Below, piece by piece: positions 48,963 through 58,010 of a stretch of DNA of 64,000 nucleotides (position 1 is its first letter; each line of letters begins with the position of its first letter). The stretch is from assembly GCA_964408285.1 (NCBI GenBank), contig CAYOYV010000001.1, positions 64,001 to 128,000 of the forward strand, written 5' to 3'. The notes beneath the pieces are model-generated. The model was not told the origin of the DNA and did not search any database. It was given only the letters and a program-made list of their open reading frames with translations. The translations under genes were made by a program, and so were the position numbers. The stretch is from an uncultured Nitrososphaerota archaeon (GTDB lineage Archaea; Thermoproteota; EX4484-205; JAAOZO01).

Positions 48963-49925
48963 CTAAAAAGGTTTCAATGGAATCAGGCCTGCTTCATTCG
49001 CCAATGCCGCGACGCCTCTTGGCAGATCTCCACTTAGCACGCGCATTTCCGTGACGATCCAGTCTATTGCCTTGTGGGGAGTAACATCAAATGAAGGATT
49101 CAGAACCTTCAGTCCAGTCTCGATGACGCGCGAATCTGATACGACCTCGTCTGCCCCCCTGAACTCTATCGGTATCTCCTTACCGCTGCCTGCCTTTGGG
49201 GCGATTTTGTATGTTTCAGCGGCAACTAAGAACCTCTTACTGAATTGTCTTGCAACGATGGCTGTCTGAAATGTTCCTATCTTGTTCGCTACGTCTCCAT
49301 TTAGAGCTATTGCATCCGCTCCAACAACGACCATGTCGACCTGATCCATGTAGTAGGCGCTTGCCGAATCTACTATGAGCCTGACGTCGCCCCCAAAGCC
49401 TGAGAGCTGTCTAGCCGTTATGAGGCCCTGATACAGAGGTCTTGTCTCCTTGACGTAGATTGTGGAGATGGCACCTGTCTCCACGGCCTTCTTGAGCAGG
49501 GAGATCACAACTGTGCTATGACAATGTGTCATCACAGATGTCCCTCTGGGAATAAGCTTCACCCCAATGTCGGCGACCATGGTTTTGGCTCGGTCCATTC
49601 TGTCAAGGAATTCACCGATCGCTCTTTCAACGACATTTCTCATCCGCTCCTTTTCTTCACCTTTCTCCCTGCTTTGAACAAGCGCATTGTCAACGAATGA
49701 GATGGCATTTGGCAATGCCACTGCGGTTGGACGAGTGTTCAAAAGCGTTTCTTCCGCACTTCTGATCTCTGCGAAGAAATCCTCGCTAGATCTAGATTGG
49801 ACACAGATCTCGTCAAGGGAATCGGCAAGAGCTCTTAGAGCAGAACTCGCTATCGGACCTGCTCCCCTGATCCTCATCTCCTCTATGTCCTTGGCGACCT
49901 TCAATATCCCATAAGGAACAGTCAT
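48963..49925 (-). CDS. ribose-1,5-bisphosphate isomerase (eIF2B-like family)
   Basis: IRGA, TRPTAV.L, THCHS, ETRP..QG, GADAI, NKIGT, NP.FDVTP. Confidence 0.85.
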   Translation of the reverse strand: MTVPYGILKVAKDIEEMRIRGAGPIASSALRALADSLDEICVQSRSSEDFFAEIRSAEETLLNTRPTAVALPNAISFVDNALVQSREKGEEKERMRNVVERAIGEFLDRMDRAKTMVADIGVKLIPRGTSVMTHCHSTVVISLLKKAVETGAISTIYVKETRPLYQGLITARQLSGFGGDVRLIVDSASAYYMDQVDMVVVGADAIALNGDVANKIGTFQTAIVARQFSKRFLVAAETYKIAPKAGSGKEIPIEFRGADEVVSDSRVIETGLKVLNPSFDVTPHKAIDWIVTEMRVLSGDLPRGVAALANEAGLIPLKPF

Positions 49926-50048
49926 GTAGTTCTCAGCTTCTTCCTCTCAATATCGATCCGATTCTATTAAAGTTTGGCAAAAGCTGTTAGAGGTGAAACC
50001 AAGCCGCTTATGCTGTCGATTTGCTTGAATCCTCGTTGACAATTCACG

Positions 50049-51215
50049 TCACCTACCGGAAGCTAACTGCTCGTAGATGTGCAGAGTGGCTTTGGCAATT
50101 GAACGCCACGAATACCTGACAGCAACATCTTCAAGAGCATTCTGCACCAAAGTCCTTCGCAACTGGTCCTCCACAAGAATCCTCTTTAGGCTAGAGGCCA
50201 ATTCCAATGAATCATTTGGTCTTACTTTCAGTCCATTCACTTCATGTCGTACTATTTCAGACAGTCCACCGACATCTGAGACCACAACTGGTGTACCGCT
50301 CACCATGCCCTCTAGCGTCACTATTCCAAAAGGTTCGAATAGCGAAGGCACGGACAGAACGTCTGCAATCTTGAAGGCCTTATGAAGCTCTTCATCAGTC
50401 ACGTATCCCCTGAAATACACCTTGTCGTATATGCCAAGGTCCCATGCCAGTTTCTTCATTTCATCAGCCGCGTATCCATCTCCGATAACCATCAATTTCA
50501 CCCTGGTGCCATCCTTCAATAGATTCGGAATTGCCCCGATCAATACCCCAAGTCCTTTCTCATGCACCAACCTACCGACAAATAGGATTATTCTTTCGTT
50601 GTCATCTGCGAAGGCCCTCCTGAATTCGATCGGCGCACTTCTCACTGGATTCTCGACAACACCGTTTGGTATTGTGGCTATCTTCTGGTCCGGTGTGTTG
50701 AAAAGCCAACGGACATGATCACGCATGTAGTTACTGCAAACAACTATCTTCGATGCCTCGTAGCTTCCCCATCCTTCACACTCATGTATTGTTCTGCTGA
50801 AATCGCTCGGGAGGCCGTTTCTTCTGCCATACTCAGTCGAATGTATTGAATAGACAAGAGGACTGCCGGAAAGGGATTTCATGCAAAAAGCACACGGAAG
50901 GATCATCCATTCATGGGCATGGATTACATCGAAATGCTCTCTTCCTGTCAGACGCGAACCGTATTCAAGTAGGCTGTGGTTCATGCTCATGGCCCACGAC
51001 AGGAAATCAGGAGAAGGGAAGTCATAGACATCCACTCTATGAATGACAAGGCCCTTTCTCAATGTCTGTCTTTCGGGCTTGCCAGGAAAAGAGCACGAAA
51101 GTACGTGAACTTCAACGCCAAGAGCAGCAAGCTCATCTGAGAGGTGTTGAACGTGCGTGGCCAAGCCACCGACCTTCTTGGGGGGATACTCCCAGCTAAT
51201 CATCAGAACCTTCAT
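50049..51215 (-). CDS. GT4 glycosyltransferase (glycogen-synthase-like)
   Basis: SWEYPP..VGGL, IHAHEW, IHSTE.GR, VGRL..EKG, EPFGIVTLE. Confidence 0.9.
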   Translation of the reverse strand: MKVLMISWEYPPKKVGGLATHVQHLSDELAALGVEVHVLSCSFPGKPERQTLRKGLVIHRVDVYDFPSPDFLSWAMSMNHSLLEYGSRLTGREHFDVIHAHEWMILPCAFCMKSLSGSPLVYSIHSTEYGRRNGLPSDFSRTIHECEGWGSYEASKIVVCSNYMRDHVRWLFNTPDQKIATIPNGVVENPVRSAPIEFRRAFADDNERIILFVGRLVHEKGLGVLIGAIPNLLKDGTRVKLMVIGDGYAADEMKKLAWDLGIYDKVYFRGYVTDEELHKAFKIADVLSVPSLFEPFGIVTLEGMVSGTPVVVSDVGGLSEIVRHEVNGLKVRPNDSLELASSLKRILVEDQLRRTLVQNALEDVAVRYSWRSIAKATLHIYEQLASGR

Positions 51216-51828
51216 CTTGTGTCCCCCTCACGAGCGATAAGGCCACCAGAGGCCAGTAATCAGCATCAAGATCAACCGCCAATGTTTTGGAGGGATCCAA
51301 TCGGTACTTCTCAATGAGATAATCGTAGGTTTCTTTGGATCCAGTTACAGTCAAGTCACTTTTTCGGAGGAATGTCTTCTCGAAATTCTCGATGGTAATG
51401 CTCAACGGATCTTTTCCCCAAGAAGTCCTGAACGGTTCCAGAGTCTGCATCACGCTAACCAGCGGGAGGTGGTGCACGGTCTTCAAGCTTATTGCAGAAA
51501 GAAGCGTCGACCATTCGAAAGAAAAGATCACGTCCACCAGCTCATTTGATACAATGAATTCTCCCTCTTTCACGAACTGAGTGCTGACAAATGTCTCGGT
51601 TGTCAGAATGGAGTAAAAGGTCCTGATTGGATTCCTAACCCTTGCGATCCGCAGGCCGTTTTCTACAAATGTCCCGACCAACATTTCATCATGTACCACA
51701 ACGCTAGTGAGCATCCCGAGGTCTCTGAGGATCCTCGCTAATCTATTTGCCCTTGACGCAGTTTTGCCTACAGCCTTAGGAGGGAACTCTGGAGTGACGA
51801 TGAGCGCTCCCCTAGGCATCTGCCTCAC
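51196..51828 (-). CDS. GT4 N-terminal-domain-only protein
   Basis: TPEFPP..VG, DVIFSFEW, LPLV..MQTLE mirror the N-domain of the downstream GT4; no C-terminal donor-binding domain. Confidence 0.65.
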   Translation of the reverse strand: MRQMPRGALIVTPEFPPKAVGKTASRANRLARILRDLGMLTSVVVHDEMLVGTFVENGLRIARVRNPIRTFYSILTTETFVSTQFVKEGEFIVSNELVDVIFSFEWSTLLSAISLKTVHHLPLVSVMQTLEPFRTSWGKDPLSITIENFEKTFLRKSDLTVTGSKETYDYLIEKYRLDPSKTLAVDLDADYWPLVALSLVRGTQDEGSDD

Positions 51829-52074
51829 CTATGTGTAGATCGAACACGCTGCGATTATGCCCAAGCCCGTTACGTGATATCTCTGCCGCTCATCTATCCT
51901 CAAGGCGACTACGTATTCTCTTTGCTCCAGCTTTCTCAGTATGTCATAGATATCTCGAACGTCCATGTTGAGCATTTTGGCGATTTCGTCATCGGTCAAA
52001 GCCTTCTCCTCGCTGACTACGCCCAGGTCGTGAAGTCGGGACAGAACGTGAAACTCCTTCGAAACCTTTTCCAT
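51829..52074 (-). CDS. small winged-helix protein
   Basis: 81 aa; ALTDDEIAKML...IYDILRKLEQREYV...YHVTGLG; abuts neighbours in the operon. Confidence 0.7.
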   Translation of the reverse strand: MEKVSKEFHVLSRLHDLGVVSEEKALTDDEIAKMLNMDVRDIYDILRKLEQREYVVALRIDERQRYHVTGLGIIAACSIYT

Positions 52075-52079
52075 GACTT

Positions 52080-53087
52080 CTAACTTACTTTGTCAATGTG
52101 CTCCTTATATAATTTAGCGGTCTCCTCTGGGGAGCTTGTTATTATGTATGCTCCGAAACCCAGCTCGTATCCTGCATGGATGTTCGATCTGGGCACGAAT
52201 TCGATGTGCCAACAAAATACCTCATTGTCCCTAGGAGGCAGATGGAAGTAGAAATTGTAGGGGACCTCTCCTAGGAATTGCTTCATTGCCGCGATCGTGA
52301 GCCTTAGGACTTTGCCAATATCAGATAAGCTGTCCTCCCACTCCGCTCCTGAGATGAGCGGAGCGATCCAGAATTCATATGGTGAAATGGGGGCATATGG
52401 CGTGAATACGGCAAGATGTTGATCAGAGAGTATCAGTCTATTACCGATACGGCTTTCTTCGATCACTCTTGACATCGCCTCTTCTCCGCTTTCACTTCTG
52501 GTTTTTTCAAATAGCCGGACTTCGCGAACAATGCTAGGTGGGATCTTCTCTGTTGCTATTACCTGAGTATGCGGATGCGGGATTGACGCACCGGCCTCTC
52601 TGCCTTGATTCTTGAAAATGCTAACGTATCTGATCCTATGATCTCGTTCCAAGTTCTCCTTAAGAATACGCAAGGCCATCAGATAGGCATTAGTCTCCAT
52701 ATCAGAGAAGGAGTCAATGTCCTCATTGTGATCGGGAGTGTCAACAGAGATCATGTGATATCCATATGCATTGATTGCTTGTCCAACGCCATCTTCCCTT
52801 GATTCTGTTGGGCTGAATGCAGGAAACATGTTCGGGAAAATCCTGACCTGCCAATCCCTGGAATCTCCTGCCGTTTCTCCGTAGAGAGTTTCGAAGTCGC
52901 CATTGCTAGCCAATCGCAAGACTATCCGAGCTGACGGCGTCATTTGCTCATTTCCACGGCAAAACGGACAAGGCCTTGTCTCTGCTTGAGGGGTTTCAGC
53001 ATACAGGACCGGACGGGAGGCCCTCCCTTTAGCAATGACACATGTCCTTTCTGAGAACCAATCGAATCTAATCTCTGGGTTGCCCAA
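52080..53087 (-). CDS. galT: galactose-1-phosphate uridylyltransferase-like (GalT/HIT superfamily)
   Basis: R..RP, CPFC.GNE, PN.FPA, FKN.G..AGASIPHPHTQ, WHIE..PR, AGYELG. Confidence 0.88.
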   Translation of the reverse strand: MGNPEIRFDWFSERTCVIAKGRASRPVLYAETPQAETRPCPFCRGNEQMTPSARIVLRLASNGDFETLYGETAGDSRDWQVRIFPNMFPAFSPTESREDGVGQAINAYGYHMISVDTPDHNEDIDSFSDMETNAYLMALRILKENLERDHRIRYVSIFKNQGREAGASIPHPHTQVIATEKIPPSIVREVRLFEKTRSESGEEAMSRVIEESRIGNRLILSDQHLAVFTPYAPISPYEFWIAPLISGAEWEDSLSDIGKVLRLTIAAMKQFLGEVPYNFYFHLPPRDNEVFCWHIEFVPRSNIHAGYELGFGAYIITSSPEETAKLYKEHIDKVS

Positions 53088-53151
53088 TGGCCTTCCAATC
53101 GTTCCAGTTCGTATTAAGTCTAACCATGGATCAGTAGCCTAAACGTTTTAT

Positions 53152-53742
53152 ATGCTTCTTGCCAGCCATCTCGAAGGGATGGCTCGGGATTTGCAGGAAG
53201 GCGAACTGAAGGCCCTTAATTCCATCAAAGCATCCCCAGGCATTGATATAGAAATGCTTCGCTCTTCTCTCGGTGTCACGAAGGGTTCACTATCGAAATA
53301 CATCTCAGTATTGGTAAGAAATGGGTTAGCACAATATACCGACAACATAAAGAGAAATATGGAGATAACCCGAAGAGGGAGATTCTACCTAGAGAAGGGA
53401 GATCCTCGCATAGCCTTCGGGTATCCGCAGGGATCCGCCGTTCCTGACTATGTTGCGTTCAGATTTGCATTGGGAGAGGGCATTCTGACGGGGGAGGTAG
53501 CCCACTCATATCAGGAATTCCTAGGCTTGGCAGGACGCATTGATTCGAGGTCCCTTGTGTTCCACCTCTATCGAGGTGATTTCGACGCGTGGTTCGAAGA
53601 GGTCTTCAGGGACAAGAGGATTGGCGGTAGAATCGCCAGACTGAAGATGATCCAGCAATCTCCCGACAAGATCAGGAGCAAGTTAGTGAGCATCCTTACC
53701 GAAAGGATAGGAGAGATATCAAAGCAGAAGGAAGAGCGATGA
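53152..53742 (+). CDS. winged-helix regulator fused to a DUF5752-like domain
   Basis: N-terminal LGVTKGSLSKYISVLVRNGL...ITRRG (MarR-like wHTH); C-terminal F.F...G..A.S..EF...SLVFHL.RGDF..W...F.D pattern. Confidence 0.7.
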   Translation: MLLASHLEGMARDLQEGELKALNSIKASPGIDIEMLRSSLGVTKGSLSKYISVLVRNGLAQYTDNIKRNMEITRRGRFYLEKGDPRIAFGYPQGSAVPDYVAFRFALGEGILTGEVAHSYQEFLGLAGRIDSRSLVFHLYRGDFDAWFEEVFRDKRIGGRIARLKMIQQSPDKIRSKLVSILTERIGEISKQKEER

Positions 53743-54632
53743 AGGACATAGGCTGGCTCGAAGTAAGGCTAAAGATCCCCGATGATTGGGAGCTCACTGC
53801 CGAATCAGGGGGGCTCAACGACGCGTACATGAGATTCAATTCAATAGAGAAGATCAAGATGGAGGTAAGATGGGAGCGTGTCAAGAAGAAAGGAGAGGCC
53901 TTGCCGTATACGGCGATCGAGAATTTCCTCAAGAGCGTAGTGAAATCCTCCAAGGAGAAGGCGGCTACGAAGGTAACAGAGAAGGGCAATGCAAAGGTTG
54001 CGGGCCATAGGGCGGCATACTATATTTGGAGCATGAAGGATGCTCGGTATGTCACAATGTCCTGGCTGTGTCAAGATGAGGGCAAGCTAATGCTTTTACA
54101 ATATGGCTTGGAAGAAGCGGAAGCCAAGGAGGAACTGTTCGAGGAAATCCTGAAGAATATCAGCTGTCACACAGACCTAGATTCCTACGAGTATGAGGTG
54201 CTCGGAGTTTCTTTCAAGGCGCCGAAAGGGTATCATCTGACGAAAAGGAAAATCATGCTGGGAAAGGTCTATCTCTTCTTCACGAAGGAAGGTTCGCAGC
54301 TTTATGTCTGCTGGTCTGGTCTGGCAAAAGAGCAGCTAAGAAACTACAAGGGCCTAGGCAACTTCTTCCTTTCGATGGAGGCTGGGGATGTAAGGACAAT
54401 GGGAAAGGGAATGTCCGAGCTTCTCAAAAAAGTGAAGACTAATGACATGTCAATCGAATTGGAATCTGTGTCGAAGGGGATGATACCCGTCATATCTAAG
54501 GAGAAGGTGAATTTCCTGAGAGTCTACCTTGATGAGAGCTCGAATAGGATATTCACGGTGGCTTTCTCCGTTCTAAGAAATGACGAGCAGATGGCGAGGA
54601 GCTTCGCAGAAAGCATTAAAGCCAAGTTGTAA
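53739..54632 (+). CDS. hypothetical protein, possibly duplicated PsbP/Mog1-like fold
   Basis: ATGA overlap with upstream gene; two related segments (WLEVRLKIPDDWEL / VLGVSFKAPKGYHL), each ending in an amphipathic helix. Confidence 0.55.
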   Translation: MKDIGWLEVRLKIPDDWELTAESGGLNDAYMRFNSIEKIKMEVRWERVKKKGEALPYTAIENFLKSVVKSSKEKAATKVTEKGNAKVAGHRAAYYIWSMKDARYVTMSWLCQDEGKLMLLQYGLEEAEAKEELFEEILKNISCHTDLDSYEYEVLGVSFKAPKGYHLTKRKIMLGKVYLFFTKEGSQLYVCWSGLAKEQLRNYKGLGNFFLSMEAGDVRTMGKGMSELLKKVKTNDMSIELESVSKGMIPVISKEKVNFLRVYLDESSNRIFTVAFSVLRNDEQMARSFAESIKAKL

Positions 54633-54650
54633 CAATCATAGGCTGGTGCA

Positions 54651-55190
54651 ATGTGGCCCTTCAAGAAAAAGAAGAAGGTGATATCACGGGATCGTTTCCT
54701 GCAATCGATACCCCTCAGGAATCCTGGATTGAGTTGGGAAGAGGAAAATGATGGGACGATAACACTAAAGATACCAAGGTCAAAAAAGGGCTTCCTGCGG
54801 ATATTATCTTGGCCTTCAGATCTGCCTGGCTACAAACAGGTGAAGCTCGATGAAATCGGAAGCAAGGTCTGGAAAAGGATCGATGGCAAGACTGACATGA
54901 AGGATTTCATGGAGTGGATGAACCAAGAGTTCAAAATGAATCCTCGGGAGGCGGAATTGTCCCTGGCCCTCTTTATGGAGAAATTGTCAGACAAGGCATT
55001 CATCCTTCTGCTAGTTCCCCCTCCGAAACCAGGCACCCAGGAAGCAAAAGAGGAGGCCTCCGAACTGAAGAAGCGGTTGAAGGAAATGGACAAGGACTTC
55101 AAGGATCAGAAACTGAACGAAGAGCAATACAATTCAATCAAGAAAGAGATACAGAAACGACTCGAGGCCATGGGCGAGTCAGAAGTGTAG
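54651..55190 (+). CDS. PqqD-family (RiPP recognition element-like) protein with coiled-coil tail
   Basis: P.RNP, VKLDEIGSKVWKRIDGK..., EAELSL..F...L.DK is the PqqD winged-helix pattern. Confidence 0.75.
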   Translation: MWPFKKKKKVISRDRFLQSIPLRNPGLSWEEENDGTITLKIPRSKKGFLRILSWPSDLPGYKQVKLDEIGSKVWKRIDGKTDMKDFMEWMNQEFKMNPREAELSLALFMEKLSDKAFILLLVPPPKPGTQEAKEEASELKKRLKEMDKDFKDQKLNEEQYNSIKKEIQKRLEAMGESEV

Positions 55191-55194
55191 GGTC

Positions 55195-56016
55195 CTAACT
55201 GGAGGCTCCCTGAAGCACTATTCCTTTGCCCCTCTCTATTCCGAAAGTGTACTCCTTTGGTTCCGTTGAAGTCCATCTCATTTTCCTTATGACCAAGGTT
55301 CGCTGGATCCTGTTCTCTTGTTTGGCTAACCCAAGGATTATGACGCCAGATGCAAGAAACTCCTCGACTCCAAATCTGCTCATGACGTTTTCTCCTGTGG
55401 GTATCTCGGACGTGATAACACTAGTGGCACCAACTCTATCCTCAAGCGTGAATATCAGGCTCCTTATGTATTCTCTTGTCCAAGTCACTTCGGTGGTCGT
55501 CATTGTCACAAGCGGCGCGACTGGATCTATGACCAACCTCTTTGCCCCTATCATCTTCGAGATCCTTGAGAGCTCAGCTACGATGCTGTTGACCAGTACG
55601 TCCATCTCCTTTCCCCACATCTTCGCGGTGAAGTATTGCTTGACGGGAAGTATCACTAATTTTCTCTCGTTTATGTATTGCTGAAGATCCCAACCAAATC
55701 TCCTTACATCAGAGATAAGGACCTCAGGCCTTTCATCTATGGTAACGTAGATACCTGGCTCCGAGTTCCTAGCTCCGTAAGTCAGGTATTGGAGAGAGAA
55801 AATCGTTTTCCCAGTGCCGGTCTCTCCCGCGACGAGGTACGTCTTGCCTTTTTCGAATCCGCCCTCGGTCAGCTTATCTATGTCAGGATTGCCCGTTGAG
55901 ACTCTCCTGAAGGCATTGAAACTTCTAGCCGGAGTGCCGCATTTCGGGCAAAACCTGTAATTTAGTGCAAGCAACTCGCCGCATATCTCGCACCTCGTAG
56001 TTCGCGGAATACTCAA
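55195..56016 (-). CDS. KaiC/RAD55-like RecA-superfamily ATPase with N-terminal zinc ribbon
   Basis: CEIC...FCPKCG; STG...D.L..GG; GETGTGKT; RLVIDP; RKMR. Confidence 0.9.
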   Translation of the reverse strand: MSIPRTTRCEICGELLALNYRFCPKCGTPARSFNAFRRVSTGNPDIDKLTEGGFEKGKTYLVAGETGTGKTIFSLQYLTYGARNSEPGIYVTIDERPEVLISDVRRFGWDLQQYINERKLVILPVKQYFTAKMWGKEMDVLVNSIVAELSRISKMIGAKRLVIDPVAPLVTMTTTEVTWTREYIRSLIFTLEDRVGATSVITSEIPTGENVMSRFGVEEFLASGVIILGLAKQENRIQRTLVIRKMRWTSTEPKEYTFGIERGKGIVLQGASS

Positions 56017-56181
56017 TATGTTCTAAACAAATAGAAAAAGCATCCTTATATTCTTAATTATGATCTGCCGGAAAACTCCCAATCGCCCTCAGATCGTTTG
56101 GACTCTCAACTATGGGGTTCCTATACCGTTCTGGATTTGCCTCAGCCATTTTGGATTAGGGCCGATGAAGGACTGGAACGC

Positions 56182-56784
56182 TTAGATCCCTGCCACGACC
56201 ATCCAGTCGCGAAGGCCTTCATGGACAAGACTCACCGCAAAAGCCGCAGTCACAAGATTCAATATTCTGGAGACAGTCGCGCTAGTTGCCTCACCCAGCT
56301 TCGTCATTATATAATCCTGACTGACGAGTATGAGATATGAGACTATCGAATTGGCCAAGATAACGATCAGGGCCGGAAGAGGGCCTCCCAGTCTTTCGGT
56401 GATAAGTATGGTTACCGAGATGCTTCCCGGGCCTGCCAGTAGGGGAGTGGCGAGGGGGAAGACTGCCAGCTCCCCTTGCCCATACGAGCTTTGGCTTTCT
56501 CCAGAGAGAAAATACCTGAGAGACAGCAGGAATAGGACAACTCCAGAAGTGACCTTGAAGTCTCCCATGCTTATGTTGAAGTAATTGAGGATAGATGTAC
56601 CAAAAATCGAGAACGCTATCAGAATCCCGGAGGCAAGAACCACAGATCTTCTAGTGATGTCCTTCCTTAGATTCCTGTCCATGTTCTTCAGCAGCGAATA
56701 GAATACTGGCACGTTCCCCATGGCATCGAGCACGACAAACAGCGTAAGGAAAGCTCTGATCCACTCTGAATCGACCATGATCAA
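56182..56784 (-). CDS. marC: MarC family membrane protein
   Basis: LF.V.D..GNVP.F, AVFPLATPLLAGPGSI. Confidence 0.9.
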   Translation of the reverse strand: MIMVDSEWIRAFLTLFVVLDAMGNVPVFYSLLKNMDRNLRKDITRRSVVLASGILIAFSIFGTSILNYFNISMGDFKVTSGVVLFLLSLRYFLSGESQSSYGQGELAVFPLATPLLAGPGSISVTILITERLGGPLPALIVILANSIVSYLILVSQDYIMTKLGEATSATVSRILNLVTAAFAVSLVHEGLRDWMVVAGI

Positions 56785-56789
56785 GCTTT

Positions 56790-57113
56790 TCAGGTGGAGC
56801 TTTTGAATCTAACTAGGGGTATTCGATACATCGCACCGCATTTTAGGCACCCGACCATTATTCTGCTTGGCTTTCCATGTCTCAACCTAATCCTCGCGGA
56901 TCTACCGGGGATCAACATCCGTTTGCACGCGTGGCAATAGAAGTATCTCTTGAAAATCGGGTATCCTCTTAGGTTATGCTTCTTCCATATTCTCATCGCA
57001 GCCTCAAGTGTCTTTTCACTCCATTCGATATCTACACTCGCCCATTGGAGAGCGAATTGCACCATAGCCCTGACTTGCTCCATAGCTCGTTCCTTCCTGC
57101 TTTGCTCTCTCAA
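56790..57113 (-). CDS. rnp4: ribonuclease P protein component 4 (Rpp21)
   Basis: KR.F.CHAC...LIPG..ARIRL....CLKCG...R.P zinc ribbon. Confidence 0.88.
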   Translation of the reverse strand: MREQSRKERAMEQVRAMVQFALQWASVDIEWSEKTLEAAMRIWKKHNLRGYPIFKRYFYCHACKRMLIPGRSARIRLRHGKPSRIMVGCLKCGAMYRIPLVRFKSST

Positions 57114-57124
57114 GGATGGTCATT

Positions 57125-57262
57125 CGAAGAGGGCGGCGTCGGTGTATGCGGCCTCCGCTGACCTCTCGGACATGTGCGGGATTTAACGTTAAGGCCTTGT
57201 GGACTCCTAGCGGAAGGGCCATCCCGACTCAGGAGCTTAACGTGGGCGGTTTCCTCTCGGAT
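57125..57262. other. GC-rich double-hairpin element, candidate ncRNA or islet boundary
   Basis: Stems AGAGG 57128-32/CCTCT 57162-66, CGGCG/CGCTG, ACGTTAAG 57186-93/CTTAACGT 57236-43, CTCCT/AGGAG; direct repeat CCTCTCGGA at 57162 and 57253. Confidence 0.35.
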
Positions 57263-58010
57263 TTTCTTCTTCCTCTATCACCGGTTTCCCATTCTGCAGC
57301 TCAAGCTTGCCATGTGGGGTGAAGAATTCGGCATTGTATTTCCGGACGAATTCGATGACCTCTTTGGTTTCCTTCTCATTTCTCTTCTGGTCCCCGTAGT
57401 TTGGAGGCCAGTACGGGAGGAATGTCCTCGATTTCGATTCCCTCTTCATGCTCGTCCTATCGTAAAGTCTCTTCCTTTCCTTGCTCTCAAGCCATCGAAG
57501 GAACCCCATGCTTGCTTCTGAAACTGCCCTTGCCCTTTTCTCGAGCTGCCTGATGGCCTCATCTTCGTTCATCTCCACGATGGAAAACTTGGAACTGAAA
57601 TGCATCCGCGAGTAGTCCACTTCTATCAAATTGGGGTCGTTAAGACACTTCAGGCTACTTTCCTCTGCGGATTTTTCTCCCATCTCAAAGTCCTTCATAA
57701 CCCCCGAGGCCAGTCTTGTTAGCATCCTCCTCGCCCCCAAGTTGTCCTTCCTCATAGTCAGGTTGCAGTCCTCCTGGTACATATGAATGTGGTAATGGAG
57801 ATCCGCTACTTTGGACATGCTGCCTGCGGGGGTGTCATTTCTTACTTCAAGAATTCCGTTCGGACTAAGAACAACATCTGGATCACCTTCTCTCAATCCT
57901 TCAGAAAGGCACAGATATACGCCTGGCGCTCTCTCTTCTGTCTCGTATGGATGGCTTGTGACGGTCTCCAACGTTCGTTTCACTTTGTCTCTAAGGTTCT
58001 GGGAGTACAT
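57237..58010 (-). CDS. hypothetical protein (candidate immunity/partner of upstream nuclease)
   Basis: 257 aa; its ATG directly follows the TGA of the upstream ORF; no recognisable family. Confidence 0.65.
   Translation of the reverse strand: MYSQNLRDKVKRTLETVTSHPYETEERAPGVYLCLSEGLREGDPDVVLSPNGILEVRNDTPAGSMSKVADLHYHIHMYQEDCNLTMRKDNLGARRMLTRLASGVMKDFEMGEKSAEESSLKCLNDPNLIEVDYSRMHFSSKFSIVEMNEDEAIRQLEKRARAVSEASMGFLRWLESKERKRLYDRTSMKRESKSRTFLPYWPPNYGDQKRNEKETKEVIEFVRKYNAEFFTPHGKLELQNGKPVIEEEENPRGNRPR

Noticed and set aside
57125-57270. RNase P RNA gene next to rnp4
   Set aside because: Only a partial CR-I-like word; too short, and no complementary CR-V (ACAGAA...GCUUA) to form P4; kept only as an unexplained structure
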